Numbered from the stretch's first letter, positions 48,514 through 59,419 are shown. The stretch: 64,000 nucleotides of DNA from an uncultured archaeon (GCA_964342815.1 CAYFHS010000001.1:1-64000), one strand, 5' to 3'. Translations and numbers: made by a program. Notes: generated by a model from the sequence alone, not told the origin.

Positions 48514-51500
48514 CTACCATTCCCATTCCTCTTCATCGTTCTCATCCTCGTAATATCCGTCATCGTCAGTTTCCGTAGTTGATCCGAAGGAGTCGAAGAA
48601 CTTGTCGAGATCGTCTCTCTCGCCAAGAGGTTCGTTCTCATCATCTTCGTCCTCGTAGTATTCGTTTTCATCATATTTATCATATTCGTCGTCGTAGTCA
48701 TCATCTATTGACTGGTAACGCCCGGAATCGTAGGACGAATCCTCATCATCATAGTAATCGTCGTCGTCATAGTAGTCATCTTCATCATCATAGTAATCAT
48801 CTTCGTAATATTCGTCATCATAATCATTGTCATCATCGGAGCCGTCCTCCCATCCCCAATCCTCATATTCGCCATCTTCATCGTAGTCATCGTTCCAGGA
48901 CGCAGCTTTCTTTTCATCCTCCTCCGTGAAGCCTTCGAAAGAAACGTCCGGCTCTTCGTTGTCCTCATCGTCCTCCCAATTGGTGGCCGCCGGTCTCCTT
49001 TTTCTCCCCCGGTCGCGTTTTCTTCCCTTTCGGTCTTTCGCGTCCTCTCTGTTCCCTCCTTTCTTTCTTCCCTTGCTTTTCCCGGTGCCCCTCTTCTTAT
49101 CCCCTGTTTTCTTCCCTTTGCTCTTTTTATTGGAGGATCTCTTATCTTTCTTTTCGGACTGGGTCCATCTATCCCGTTCTCTTTCCATATGTCTGGTGTA
49201 CCTGCTGCCGTATGAAGATGGAATGAAATCGGTATCGTCCCTAATATCCTTGTATCTGCTCTTTCCCGCTTTCTTTTTGGTACCAACCGGAAGTTGACAT
49301 TCGGGGCATTTCTCTTCCCACTCGTAAACTGGATAACTGCATCTGGGACAGTCCGACGTAACATACGTGGTCTTGTTCTTGAAGAGGGCTTCGTTGCATT
49401 TGGGACAGTAACCCCTGCCCCGGGCCACCTTTTCCCCACAGCTGGGACAGAATATGTGCGAATAATGTCTGGTTCTCACGACGACAAGTATCACTGCGAT
49501 AATAAGCACGAGAGAAACCACACCTATGGCAATTAGATACTGCCAGGGAATATCCCAAAAGAACTGCTCTGCCTTTGTTTTCGTCTCCTTATACGGTGCA
49601 ATATATTCCTCTTTTGCTTTTTCACCGTTTTCCAGCGTATAAACCCAAGTACCGGCATCAGCGGACCACCCCACATCTGTAATCGTATGCTCTTCTCCCT
49701 CATAGCTGATCTTTGCTCCAACCTTGAATTCAGGTCTTTCTATTACGATGGAGGTCTCCTCTGTTCCCGTTTTTCCAAGATTATCCCTTACCCGGAGACT
49801 TATCCAATGGGTTCCATGGGTGTCGAAGGTGTATTCAACCACAGCCCCGTAAAGATAGTTAATATCATCTATGGTCCATGTATAGTTATTAATTTCCCCG
49901 TCAATGTCACTGGAACTGTTGGCGTTGAACTTCACCGGGAAGGACAGATAACCCCTGTCGGGATGCGATATCCGGGCCTGGGGCGCGGCATTACTGAAAA
50001 AGCTCCAGGGAGCGCTCCAATCTGCCTCGTTACCTGCCTCGTCAACGGCTTTTACACGCCAATGGTACTGGTTGGCCGCTGAAAAGGATATCTCTGCAGA
50101 AAGCTCAGTGGTGTTCTTGTCAATCAGGAGATGGGTGAATGCTTCGGTATCGGCGACCTGATAACGGTAATATGCGATCTCGCTTTCATCTATACCTGTG
50201 GATATGGGATTCCAGGAGATAAAAAGGGTCTTTGCAGAGGTCTCCCTTGCGTCCAAGGGAGCGCTGAGACGCACGGTGGCCGGACCCTTCGAATCCTTTT
50301 TGAAAACCACTTCTCCTTCAACGAGGTGGCCTGCATGATCTCCCACCTCGATAAATATGGTATTGATACCCTCTTCCATCTCTAGGAAACCGAAAGACCA
50401 GTTTGCCGTGTAACGGGCAAGGGTGCCGGTCAGTGTATCGTTCTCCCGGAAGAGATACATCCATTCATCATCTTCATCCCACCGATACCGTAAAAAGGAA
50501 AGATTTGATCCGGTTCCATTCTCGAAACAATCCACGTCCACAACCAGACCAGGGTCGATGTTGTACCACCCGTATGAATCTCTGTTTATGCTGAGGACCG
50601 GGGGTAAAGAATCGTAATAGAGTATTATTTCTGTATCATTGGTGTCAGTGAAAAGGCCGTCCAAAACCCTTATACGAATGGTGTTAATGCCTTGGTCCAG
50701 CAGAGAGGAATTGACGTCCCATTCATATGTTATCTCGTCTATGGACATGTTGAAGATATCGTGCCATTCGACCGATGGGGCCACCCGGTACTGGGCTCGC
50801 TTGAGCATGGAACCGCTGCCGCGGTTGGAAAAAAATGTTTTCAGGGAAGCTCCGCCAAATATGAGATCATTTGTCTCGGAATAATTATAAACCCTTTTTG
50901 TCATGTTAACCCATGGATTGAAGAGGTCAACCATTATCCTTACCTTCTTGTACATCACCTTTGATATGTTCACTAGGTCGTATGCCCGCAAGTCCATGTA
51001 GTTAATTCCTTCATGCAGCAGAGAATAATCAAACTGCCATTCGTCGGTGAACTCGTCCACGGTCGTGTTGAAAACATTGGCCCAGCTGTTGTTTCCTATG
51101 CGGTACTGCCCTAGAACCAGCGGAGAACCGCCTCCCGATGAAAAATCGATGTCAGCAACCGCTCCCGGATCGCTATCGAACCAGCCAAGGTCCGGCGTAT
51201 TGATGATTATTTCCGGCTCCATATTGTCTTTTCTCACCTGGATTGCACTTTCGATATAATTCACATTGTCCGCCTGATCGTAGACCCTGATATCAATGTC
51301 GTTAATCCCCTGGGAGAGATGGGTGAAATTCACGCTCCAGTTGCTCAAGTAGCCGGTACGGTTACCGGTGAATATCTCACGCCAGATATCATCATTTCCC
51401 CTGTATGAAGCGTTCACCATCAATGAAACGTTCTCGTTAAAGAAATCCACGTCGATAACAGCACCGGGATCAGCGGTATAGTAACCGTAGGAATCGTTGT

Positions 51501-54303
51501 TTAAAATAACCGAGGGAAGCACAGTATCCTTTCGATAAAGCATGTTGGCATAGCTGCGGTCCCGGACCCCCAAAGTATCTACAACTGTAAAATTGATCTG
51601 ATTGACCCCATCTATCAGGTTCGCCCAATTGGGTATTATCTCTGCCTCGTGGTATTTTTTCGGACCTGAGAACACGTCGATCTCCGCTCCGTCGTTGATA
51701 GTGTAATAACCCCGGTCGAGATTATGGCCAACGCGCATGTTCAAGAATTGAACGTCAATACTGATGGGCGGATCGGATTTGAACCATCCAAACTCGGTGA
51801 CGTTGTAATGTATCTCCGGGGGATGAGAATCCTTATCGTAATTTATAGTGGTCTGATTTACATTGAGCGCCTTGTCAAAACAACGGATCTGAACGGTGAG
51901 ATCGCCATTTACCACGTTGACCCAATCCAGGGCCCAGTTGTCGGTGTAATCCGTGGTAACGGTACCATTGAATATGTCCGTCCAAACTCCCGGGGCACCT
52001 GCACGATACTGGGCGAACCAGAGATCGGATCCACTGCCGCCGTTGGAGAAATCCACATCGATCACAGCACCGGGGTCTTCATAGTACTGGCCGTAACTGG
52101 CAGTATTGACCGTGATGATCGGTGCGGTTGAATCGTCGCTTATGGGGATAGTAGTGTAAAATGGTTTCAGATCGTCTCCGGTCACAGTGATATTTGCCAG
52201 TCCCGCCACAGTAGGGGTACCCGACACCGAGGCATCTCCGTTGGCATCGGTGGTGTCATTGGCAAAGAGGTCGGGCCAGTTCACAAGATCCACCCTGGCA
52301 TTGGCTACGTTTGCGCTTAATGAGTCCTCCACATGGACTGGCAGTGGAGCGGCAGAGTCGGTATAGGTCATTGCGGGATGGGTCACGGTTAGAGGTTCAG
52401 GTTCGTTGAACCAGAAATTCATGGTGGGGTCGCCCATGTAGTTCACGGTGTAATAGATCCATCTCATATACCCCAGGTGATTGAATCCTGCCAGATCTTC
52501 CATTCCCAGCCGATTGGCTTTCCCGGCTTCCCTTACGCCTCCGTTGAAAAGTTTATCGAAGAATTCCAGGGCAAATTTATGCGAAGGCGAAGCAAGCATG
52601 TTCCCAGGTGAATATAGGCCGTACCGTGTATTCCCGATGAATACCACGCTGCCTCCGTTGGCATTGAACATCAGGTGCTCGCTTATGGCATCGCTGTAAT
52701 CAAATGCATTGGCATAGCAGCCCATTGTATAGAACAAATTGAATCTGTGATCGCTCACGTGGGCGTCCGCATCCGCGCGGTAATAACCAAGTGTTTCCGT
52801 AAGTGACATCACGTTGTAATTGGCATGCCCTCCATTGTAAACCACGTTCACCCCGTCGTTCATTGCCGTGTTGAAATTATTCTTTGTAGCATTTCCGAGG
52901 GTTTCGTACAGCTTGATGGAAGTCATCTGCGGTGGAAATGTCTTACTTTCCAGGTCATCGGAGGAGAGGCTGGCATCCGTATTATCATCCAGCCATGCCG
53001 CCGAAAGAAGGGCTTTCTCCACAAATCCCGTACGCGGGTCCCTCTCGTAGTCAAAAACCTTGTTGACGAAGGTATCTGCCTGTGCAGTGGTACTCACCGG
53101 TGCACGGCCGATGTATACTTCAGAAACCTGATCCACATCTCCTCCCGCGGTCCCGTCATTGGACTCGCCCCAACGCCCGTCTCCGTCATTGTTGTACGGT
53201 CCATCCAGACAACCGAAGTAATGATCTACCGGTATATTATCGTCCTCGCAAACACCGGAGACAAGCCCGTAAAGTCCCCTGAAAGGAACAACGTCCGTAT
53301 CCCCGCCTATCAGGATATATTCAGTGTTCCAGTTCTGGTAGGCATCGTTAACGAAATTACGTATCTCCGCAGGAGTGTCCACATCGTCATAGTCCGCATC
53401 CGAAGTAATGTCCGCAAGATCTACAATTTTCGTCGGAATACCCTTGTTTATCTTCCACTGGGCAAGTGGAAGGAAATGATCGTACAGGGCGGCGGAAGTA
53501 ATGATTACATAGGGATAATACTCCCCGGGTTGGGGTATGCTTCTTTCTCCTGCCATGGAAGCGAAATTGTACGAATCCAAAATGTGGTCAATAGAGGGTT
53601 CGCTTGTTACCAGATTCCGTTGAAGCAGCTCCTCTCTGTCGAGAAGGCCTCCCGCACCGTGTCTAAGCATGGGGAGGCTGTTATAGTCGGCGTTGTCGCG
53701 AAGGTTCAATTTCATTTCAGCTCCTGAATAAAACCGTAATTCGTGAGTGTCCGGTTCATAACAGATGGGATCGACGATTAAACTGGCAATGGCAAAACCC
53801 CTGAAATACTGGATGCCGGTATTTTTCACTGTGGGGCGGCGGGTATCCCTGGTTGGAAAGTTCTCCCCAGGACCATCTTTCTGATATGATTGAGGCCCTC
53901 CCGGATAAGTTATGAACGGAGCTTTCTCAAGTGGAATACTACTGGAGATCACCGTGGGATGCCCCCAGTCTATCTCGATATCAGCGATGTCCGCACCAGG
54001 AGGTAAGAGCGCATTAACGGTCCGGGAAGGGATATTGAATGCGCCCGGGGGAGTCACCGAGACCCATCCATCGCCCGATAAGGATATTGTATTCTTAGTC
54101 ACCCCTGAATTCACTTCGGGCATGGGGAAATCCAGAGACAACGATAACGAATCGCCGTTGCCCTGTTCATCACCTTCGCCATATTCCGGTTTAAGATCTC
54201 CAGTCGGGGCTGCAACCACAGGAGAAGCTATGTTCAGGACCAACAGTGCCAGAATGCCCAGCAGTAACATCCTCGCAATTGGGAATTTATTTTTTCGTGT
54301 CAT
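48514..54303 (-). CDS. Gingipain-like C25 cysteine peptidase with propeptide, Ig/FN3/PKD stalk, TM, zinc ribbons and charged tail
   Basis: C25 propeptide; YILIGGD, EVYIGRAP; catalytic GGH and MGC; TM; CPSC..CPKC..CPRC..CPEC. Confidence 0.9.
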   Translation of the reverse strand: MTRKNKFPIARMLLLGILALLVLNIASPVVAAPTGDLKPEYGEGDEQGNGDSLSLSLDFPMPEVNSGVTKNTISLSGDGWVSVTPPGAFNIPSRTVNALLPPGADIADIEIDWGHPTVISSSIPLEKAPFITYPGGPQSYQKDGPGENFPTRDTRRPTVKNTGIQYFRGFAIASLIVDPICYEPDTHELRFYSGAEMKLNLRDNADYNSLPMLRHGAGGLLDREELLQRNLVTSEPSIDHILDSYNFASMAGERSIPQPGEYYPYVIITSAALYDHFLPLAQWKINKGIPTKIVDLADITSDADYDDVDTPAEIRNFVNDAYQNWNTEYILIGGDTDVVPFRGLYGLVSGVCEDDNIPVDHYFGCLDGPYNNDGDGRWGESNDGTAGGDVDQVSEVYIGRAPVSTTAQADTFVNKVFDYERDPRTGFVEKALLSAAWLDDNTDASLSSDDLESKTFPPQMTSIKLYETLGNATKNNFNTAMNDGVNVVYNGGHANYNVMSLTETLGYYRADADAHVSDHRFNLFYTMGCYANAFDYSDAISEHLMFNANGGSVVFIGNTRYGLYSPGNMLASPSHKFALEFFDKLFNGGVREAGKANRLGMEDLAGFNHLGYMRWIYYTVNYMGDPTMNFWFNEPEPLTVTHPAMTYTDSAAPLPVHVEDSLSANVANARVDLVNWPDLFANDTTDANGDASVSGTPTVAGLANITVTGDDLKPFYTTIPISDDSTAPIITVNTASYGQYYEDPGAVIDVDFSNGGSGSDLWFAQYRAGAPGVWTDIFNGTVTTDYTDNWALDWVNVVNGDLTVQIRCFDKALNVNQTTINYDKDSHPPEIHYNVTEFGWFKSDPPISIDVQFLNMRVGHNLDRGYYTINDGAEIDVFSGPKKYHEAEIIPNWANLIDGVNQINFTVVDTLGVRDRSYANMLYRKDTVLPSVILNNDSYGYYTADPGAVIDVDFFNENVSLMVNASYRGNDDIWREIFTGNRTGYLSNWSVNFTHLSQGINDIDIRVYDQADNVNYIESAIQVRKDNMEPEIIINTPDLGWFDSDPGAVADIDFSSGGGSPLVLGQYRIGNNSWANVFNTTVDEFTDEWQFDYSLLHEGINYMDLRAYDLVNISKVMYKKVRIMVDLFNPWVNMTKRVYNYSETNDLIFGGASLKTFFSNRGSGSMLKRAQYRVAPSVEWHDIFNMSIDEITYEWDVNSSLLDQGINTIRIRVLDGLFTDTNDTEIILYYDSLPPVLSINRDSYGWYNIDPGLVVDVDCFENGTGSNLSFLRYRWDEDDEWMYLFRENDTLTGTLARYTANWSFGFLEMEEGINTIFIEVGDHAGHLVEGEVVFKKDSKGPATVRLSAPLDARETSAKTLFISWNPISTGIDESEIAYYRYQVADTEAFTHLLIDKNTTELSAEISFSAANQYHWRVKAVDEAGNEADWSAPWSFFSNAAPQARISHPDRGYLSFPVKFNANSSSDIDGEINNYTWTIDDINYLYGAVVEYTFDTHGTHWISLRVRDNLGKTGTEETSIVIERPEFKVGAKISYEGEEHTITDVGWSADAGTWVYTLENGEKAKEEYIAPYKETKTKAEQFFWDIPWQYLIAIGVVSLVLIIAVILVVVRTRHYSHIFCPSCGEKVARGRGYCPKCNEALFKNKTTYVTSDCPRCSYPVYEWEEKCPECQLPVGTKKKAGKSRYKDIRDDTDFIPSSYGSRYTRHMERERDRWTQSEKKDKRSSNKKSKGKKTGDKKRGTGKSKGRKKGGNREDAKDRKGRKRDRGRKRRPAATNWEDDEDNEEPDVSFEGFTEEDEKKAASWNDDYDEDGEYEDWGWEDGSDDDNDYDDEYYEDDYYDDEDDYYDDDDYYDDEDSSYDSGRYQSIDDDYDDEYDKYDENEYYEDEDDENEPLGERDDLDKFFDSFGSTTETDDDGYYEDENDEEEWEW

Positions 54304-54665
54304 GTTATCCCGTTTTTTATCTCGTTCAAATGATGTTGTAATATACCCTATTAAAAACACGTATTTCAGCGAGTTACTCGGCTCATATTCACTTATGTAG
54401 AATAGATGTGGGTAGCAAGAATGAATGATTATAACCGCGTTATATATATGGTTAATATAGGTTAAAAATATTATTGCGTCATTTCAAATTTTTTATTTTC
54501 ATTACAGGTTAACCGAATACGGTAACGACCCCATTAACAAAATATCTTTAACCTTGTTTTACAACAAAGTAAAAAATTATAAAAGGCACGACCCTAATCT
54601 TTTGCCCAGCTTCCAAGGGCCGGGGGTTGGTTAGTGGTTGTTCAATCGATTAAACGGAAGATATT

Positions 54666-55097
54666 ATGCCTGGCAGTTATTCAGAATATGGACGGGACCT
54701 TCTCGTTCTTACGAAAAAAGGAGTGGGTGACAAATTCACCACCGACCTGTCTGTGAAAAGGACGGGTGACCTTGAGACTGTGGAAGGACGTGATCTCATG
54801 ATTCAGGCAATAAGGCACAGGCTGCTAACGCGAAAGGGCGAACTTGCTCTGCTTGGTCATCCGGAGTACGGGTCTCTTCTGGAAGATGTTATCGGTGAGC
54901 CAAACATTCCGGATACCCATAGGATCATAGAGACGCTTATAAGAGACTGCCTGAAATACGAGGCCAGGATAAAAACCATAATATCGGTGAAAGCTTCTCC
55001 ATCCGAGAAAGACAAGGTAAATATATTGGTCCACGTAGAACTGCAAGGGGGAGATGGGGAACTAAAGATAACGTATCCCCTTTACCTGGAGGAGTGA
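54666..55097 (+). CDS. GPW/gp25-family baseplate wedge protein
   Basis: LMIQAIRHRLLTRKGE...HPEYGSLL..IGEP, LKYEARI. Confidence 0.88.
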   Translation: MPGSYSEYGRDLLVLTKKGVGDKFTTDLSVKRTGDLETVEGRDLMIQAIRHRLLTRKGELALLGHPEYGSLLEDVIGEPNIPDTHRIIETLIRDCLKYEARIKTIISVKASPSEKDKVNILVHVELQGGDGELKITYPLYLEE

Positions 55098-56593
55098 AAT
55101 TGGTTTTCAAAAAGAAAGAATACAAAAGTATCGTTGACGCAATTCTAAAAGATCTCCAGGAACGCTCGCAGGTGGCGGATACCAATGTGGGATCGGTGAG
55201 CCGGACACTCGTGGAATCCGTAGGACGTGAGATTTCGATAATGTACGAGCAGATGGAGGCGGCCTACAATGCCGGTTTTATAGATTCGGCCAAGGGAACC
55301 GCTCTGGATATGGTGGTGGCCGTTCTGGGAGTTCAGAGAAAATCTGCTCAGTTTGCAACGGGCTCAGTGACTTTTTCAAGAAGAAAGGCCAACCAGGATG
55401 TTACCATTCCACGCGGAACTATGGTTTCCACAGTTTCCTCGGATCCCTCCAAGGTAAAGGTTTTCGAGACCAGCGTGACGGTTACGCTGATCAGGGTAAA
55501 TAATGATATTGAAGTACCTGTAAAGGCGGTTATTCCCGGCAAGGAAGGAATGGCGGATTTTGAGACCATCGTGAAACTTGATAGTCCCATCATAGGTATA
55601 GACCGGGTGTTGAATAAAAAACCTACGACCATCGGAACAGAGAGGGAGACCGACGAGGAATTAAGGGCCAGAGCAAAGGCAGTGGTGCTTTCAGCCGGTA
55701 AGACCACTGTGGAATCCATAAGAAATGCTGTCATGTCCATCCCTGGTGTAAGAGGAGTGACAGTGAACGACATGCCCGATGGTGTCCCCGGCGAGATAGA
55801 CGTTATCGTGGATGGGCCCGACATCTCGGACCCGGAAGGAAGCACTTCTTTGGCCGTCTTCGAGACAGTGGAAAGGGTGAGACCGGCGGGGATAAGGGTC
55901 AATATTAAATCCACCACTCTCGTGAGGACCGATATTACAGCATTCGTCAATCTTACGGACGTTGCGAGAACCGACGAGGAGATGGACCGGACCCTCGATT
56001 CCATCCGAGACAGTGTCACAAATTACATTATTTCGCTTAACAGCGGGGACAATATCATAAGGAACCGACTGGTGACGGCATTGTTCGGCAATCCCAATAT
56101 TGACAATCTCGAAGATATGGTGATAATCACCAGGGTATTCGATGAAAAGGTAAGAGGAATGGTGGAAGATACCCGAAAAAGGATTGACGAGCGGACCCGT
56201 GATATCGAGATCGGCGAGTATGAGCGGGTGGACCTGTCGGGGGTTGATATCAGGACGCAGTTCACCCCCAGGCTCATCTCGTACGTGCAGATCGACCTTT
56301 CGGCACGAGTGATACCTACCAAAAAGACAATTTCCTTGGAAAGGCTCCGGGAGGGAATCGAGAACCAGATACACGCACATTTCGATAAACTGAGGACCGG
56401 GGAGACAGTGGATTACCAAAGAATATTCAATCTTGTGAAAGGTGTCGAGGGCATATCCGAACTGGTAGAACTGAATATCTCTGCCTTCCATGAGGAATCG
56501 GGATTGACCTTGAACGACGCAAATGACAACATAATTACATCCGATAACGAGATCGTAAAACTCAGGAATGTGGATGTCGATATGGAAGGTTAG
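55094..56593 (+). CDS. Baseplate J/gp6/gp47-family protein
   Basis: NVGSVSRTLVE, FIDSAKGTALD..LGVQRK.A..ATGSVTF, GTERETDEELRAR, GKTTVESIR, VRPAGI. Confidence 0.9.
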   Translation: MKLVFKKKEYKSIVDAILKDLQERSQVADTNVGSVSRTLVESVGREISIMYEQMEAAYNAGFIDSAKGTALDMVVAVLGVQRKSAQFATGSVTFSRRKANQDVTIPRGTMVSTVSSDPSKVKVFETSVTVTLIRVNNDIEVPVKAVIPGKEGMADFETIVKLDSPIIGIDRVLNKKPTTIGTERETDEELRARAKAVVLSAGKTTVESIRNAVMSIPGVRGVTVNDMPDGVPGEIDVIVDGPDISDPEGSTSLAVFETVERVRPAGIRVNIKSTTLVRTDITAFVNLTDVARTDEEMDRTLDSIRDSVTNYIISLNSGDNIIRNRLVTALFGNPNIDNLEDMVIITRVFDEKVRGMVEDTRKRIDERTRDIEIGEYERVDLSGVDIRTQFTPRLISYVQIDLSARVIPTKKTISLERLREGIENQIHAHFDKLRTGETVDYQRIFNLVKGVEGISELVELNISAFHEESGLTLNDANDNIITSDNEIVKLRNVDVDMEG

Positions 56594-56639
56594 GGAATTT
56601 CATTATCTGGTTCAGTTCCACATATGCAGGTGAGCTAAG

Positions 56640-57785
56640 ATGCTTAACACGGAAAGGATGGCAAATCGGCTTCCCATGTACCTCGAGGCTTACCGGGAAA
56701 ACTCCACCATCAGAGCCGTTCTTGATGCTTTCGGGAGAGAGATGGAGAGGGCTGAGGAAAATCTCGGGAAACTGATGAAATCCAAATGGTTCTTCCATGC
56801 TGACCTCGGTGACCTGGAGAGGATGGGGCTGCTTTTCGGGATTCCAAGGCTCCCTGGCGAGATGAAGGTTCCATACCGCCAGCGCTTCTATCTCACTGTG
56901 AAAGAGCTGCTTACCGGAGCAGGCACGATAGATTCCATAAGCAAAATTGTAGAAGCCACAATAGGGACTTCCCCCGATATTGAAGAGAATCCCGCTGAGA
57001 TAGTTGAGAGCCCGGTCCGTGAACTTGGATCTGACAGCGCCTGGAGCGAATACAACAAAAGCGTGAAGGAGGACCGGCCCGTAATAACGATCCGCCCCCT
57101 TACCCGGGTCCGGGACCCCACGGTAACGAACATCACTACACAGGAATCCATCACATACAGGGGATTGCTTCGCAAAGGATCCATGCTGCGGATACTGCCG
57201 GATGGGACCGCTTCACTTGCAGGGATCGACGTATCGTCCCGCTTGGAATTTTATAAGGACGACCAACGGCAGACCGAGGTGCTGACGCCCAGGGTGCCAA
57301 AGATGCATTCCGAATGGAAGTATACGGATGGAACCGGATTTTTCGATTACGCGCATTTCTCGGAAGCTGTTTTCGCCGCTGCTGCAAAAAATCAGGTAGC
57401 AGTGCAGTTAAGGTGGATAAGATACAGACCTGCCACGTTCAATGTCAGGATGGCGCTGTACTCCAAGGGAGGCCGGTCCACCGAATCAATCGGTTACGAA
57501 AAACACCTCCGACAGGAAGTGCGCCATCTAGTTGATCACGTGAAGAGCGCCGGCGTAAAGGCCAATATTAATTTCTACGACAATTTCACGGAGAAAAATA
57601 CGGTGCGGGATCAGGGGATCGAGCCCTCCTTTGGAATCCATCATACGGACCGTGAAACCCTAGGGGAAGAACTGGAGATGAATGTTGTGATGGAGTTCTG
57701 CGAGCAGCAGACCCTGGGGGACCGAATCTATTCCTGCGGAGTATTCGATATTACTGAATTCGACTCGGCGAATGTGTGGGGATGA
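56640..57785 (+). CDS. Baseplate wedge/tail protein I (gp7/P2 I-like)
   Basis: LPMYL, DLERMGLLFGIPRLPGE...YRQR, GAGT..SI, VDHVKSAGV; third gene of the operon. Confidence 0.7.
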   Translation: MLNTERMANRLPMYLEAYRENSTIRAVLDAFGREMERAEENLGKLMKSKWFFHADLGDLERMGLLFGIPRLPGEMKVPYRQRFYLTVKELLTGAGTIDSISKIVEATIGTSPDIEENPAEIVESPVRELGSDSAWSEYNKSVKEDRPVITIRPLTRVRDPTVTNITTQESITYRGLLRKGSMLRILPDGTASLAGIDVSSRLEFYKDDQRQTEVLTPRVPKMHSEWKYTDGTGFFDYAHFSEAVFAAAAKNQVAVQLRWIRYRPATFNVRMALYSKGGRSTESIGYEKHLRQEVRHLVDHVKSAGVKANINFYDNFTEKNTVRDQGIEPSFGIHHTDRETLGEELEMNVVMEFCEQQTLGDRIYSCGVFDITEFDSANVWG

Positions 57786-57959
57786 ATTTTTTATCACAAA
57801 TACTCAATCTTTGCCTCTATCATCTCCACCCTTCTCAACCCTCCCGGGCTCATGGACCGCACCTTTTTTTCCCCCTCTCATCAATAAGGGCTCGCATAAG
57901 AATAAGTTCCCATTCTTGCATCCCATCTACCAAGTGGCACACCCGTAGAAAACATTTCT

Positions 57960-59273
57960 TTACTTCCATTGTGATGCGGAATAGCTCAGTAACCATTCCC
58001 ATAGGGGTATGTAATCGATGGTTTTCCCTTCTATGTCCTTCATATCTCTGGTATCTCCTGAAATAATCGTGCCCTTATCGAGGTCGAATTTATCAAGAGC
58101 GGATAGAAGAGATCTTGTTTCTCTTTCATCTGCGGCAGATACATCACAGCAGACCTGGATCGCCTCAACGATCTCATCCCCCTTCATTATCAGGAAATCC
58201 ACCTCCCCGGAACTGTCCTTCCAGTAGTACATCTCATCATTATATCTCTTAAGTTCCATGAATACGATATTTTCGTACAGTCTTCCGAGGTCGCGGCTGA
58301 ATTTGAATCCCACTGCGTTCCTTATACCCGTATCCGTACAGTATATTTTCTTCGGGTTGACCTGCTGCTTTTTGAGTGAATGGGAGAAGATGGACAATGA
58401 GAAAAAAAAGTAAGCTTCTTCCATGGCATGCAGGTAGCTCGATACGGTATCGGATGAGATTCCCAGGTGTTTTGCGATTTTACTGTAATTCAGCAGATTT
58501 GATATATTTGGAAAGAGATAATTCTTCAGGTTTTCCACCTTGTCGGTCTTCGTAACGTTCGACCTCTTGATCACATCCCGGTATAGAATGCTGTCGGAAT
58601 AGAATTTAAGAAGTTCCTTCTTGAAGCTTTCATTTTTTTCAAGGACGATCTCAGGAAAACCGCCCCACTGAATATATTCTCTCAGATGGTTTTTTATCAT
58701 ATGCCTTTTTGAGATGATCTCCAGCTTTCCATCGATTGTTACATTCTTTGCTTTGATAAATTCCCTGAAAGACAGGGGGTACACCTCGAAGTAAACGAAT
58801 CGACCGGCCAATGAGGTGGACAGTTCGCTCTTAAGCAGCCTGGAGCCGCTCAAGAATATCTTAACATCTTTATCCAGGTCATATATCCTTTTTACCGTTC
58901 GATCCCAATCCTTCTGTTCCTGCACCTCGTCCAGAAAGATATACACCTTTCCCGTCGGGTTGAACATTTCGAGATGCTTGGTCCTGGCACTTTCGATAAG
59001 GTTTTCTTCCTGAATTCTCTCATCATCGCATTTGATGAATAGAATATTCTCTCCGGGGACCTTTGTCAGCAGATATTTTATCAGAATGTACATTATCGTT
59101 GTCTTGCCGGACCTTCGACAACCGGTAATGGGAATAACCTGTTTCTTGTCGATCCACAATATTATTTTTTCCAGGACTTCCCGTTCCAGATAATCCGATT
59201 TGAGATCCCCTGTCCACCAGGGATTCCATTCGACGAGTATTTGCTCTTGCATTATAGTTGTAATACGGCTCAT
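57960..59273 (-). CDS. AAA+ ATPase (AAA_14) with wHTH and DUF4143 PD-(D/E)xK-like domain
   Basis: GCRRSGKT, FLDEVQ, SGS, WGGFPE, PKKIYCTDTG, LYENIVFMEL, GEVDF..AIQV. Confidence 0.92.
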   Translation of the reverse strand: MSRITTIMQEQILVEWNPWWTGDLKSDYLEREVLEKIILWIDKKQVIPITGCRRSGKTTIMYILIKYLLTKVPGENILFIKCDDERIQEENLIESARTKHLEMFNPTGKVYIFLDEVQEQKDWDRTVKRIYDLDKDVKIFLSGSRLLKSELSTSLAGRFVYFEVYPLSFREFIKAKNVTIDGKLEIISKRHMIKNHLREYIQWGGFPEIVLEKNESFKKELLKFYSDSILYRDVIKRSNVTKTDKVENLKNYLFPNISNLLNYSKIAKHLGISSDTVSSYLHAMEEAYFFFSLSIFSHSLKKQQVNPKKIYCTDTGIRNAVGFKFSRDLGRLYENIVFMELKRYNDEMYYWKDSSGEVDFLIMKGDEIVEAIQVCCDVSAADERETRSLLSALDKFDLDKGTIISGDTRDMKDIEGKTIDYIPLWEWLLSYSASQWK

Positions 59274-59419
59274 GGCAAATAAATCTTCCGAATGAAATCG
59301 TGTAATTTATGAATTTTACGCGATTTAAATCGTGTGTTCTACAAAAATGAGACGACCAGCTATGGAAAAATCTACATTATTTCCGGTCCCTTCCGCTAGA
59401 ATTCATCTTCGTCGTTCCC

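Noticed and set aside
48579-49439. Long alternative-frame ORFs over acidic/basic tails (also 8703-9059, 16517-17148, 17644-18246, 31645-31992, 36818-37123)
   Set aside because: Artefacts of low-complexity codon repeats that lack stops in other frames
54666-57785. Prophage call for the baseplate genes
   Set aside because: No integrase, capsid, terminase, portal, att repeats or other virion genes in the window
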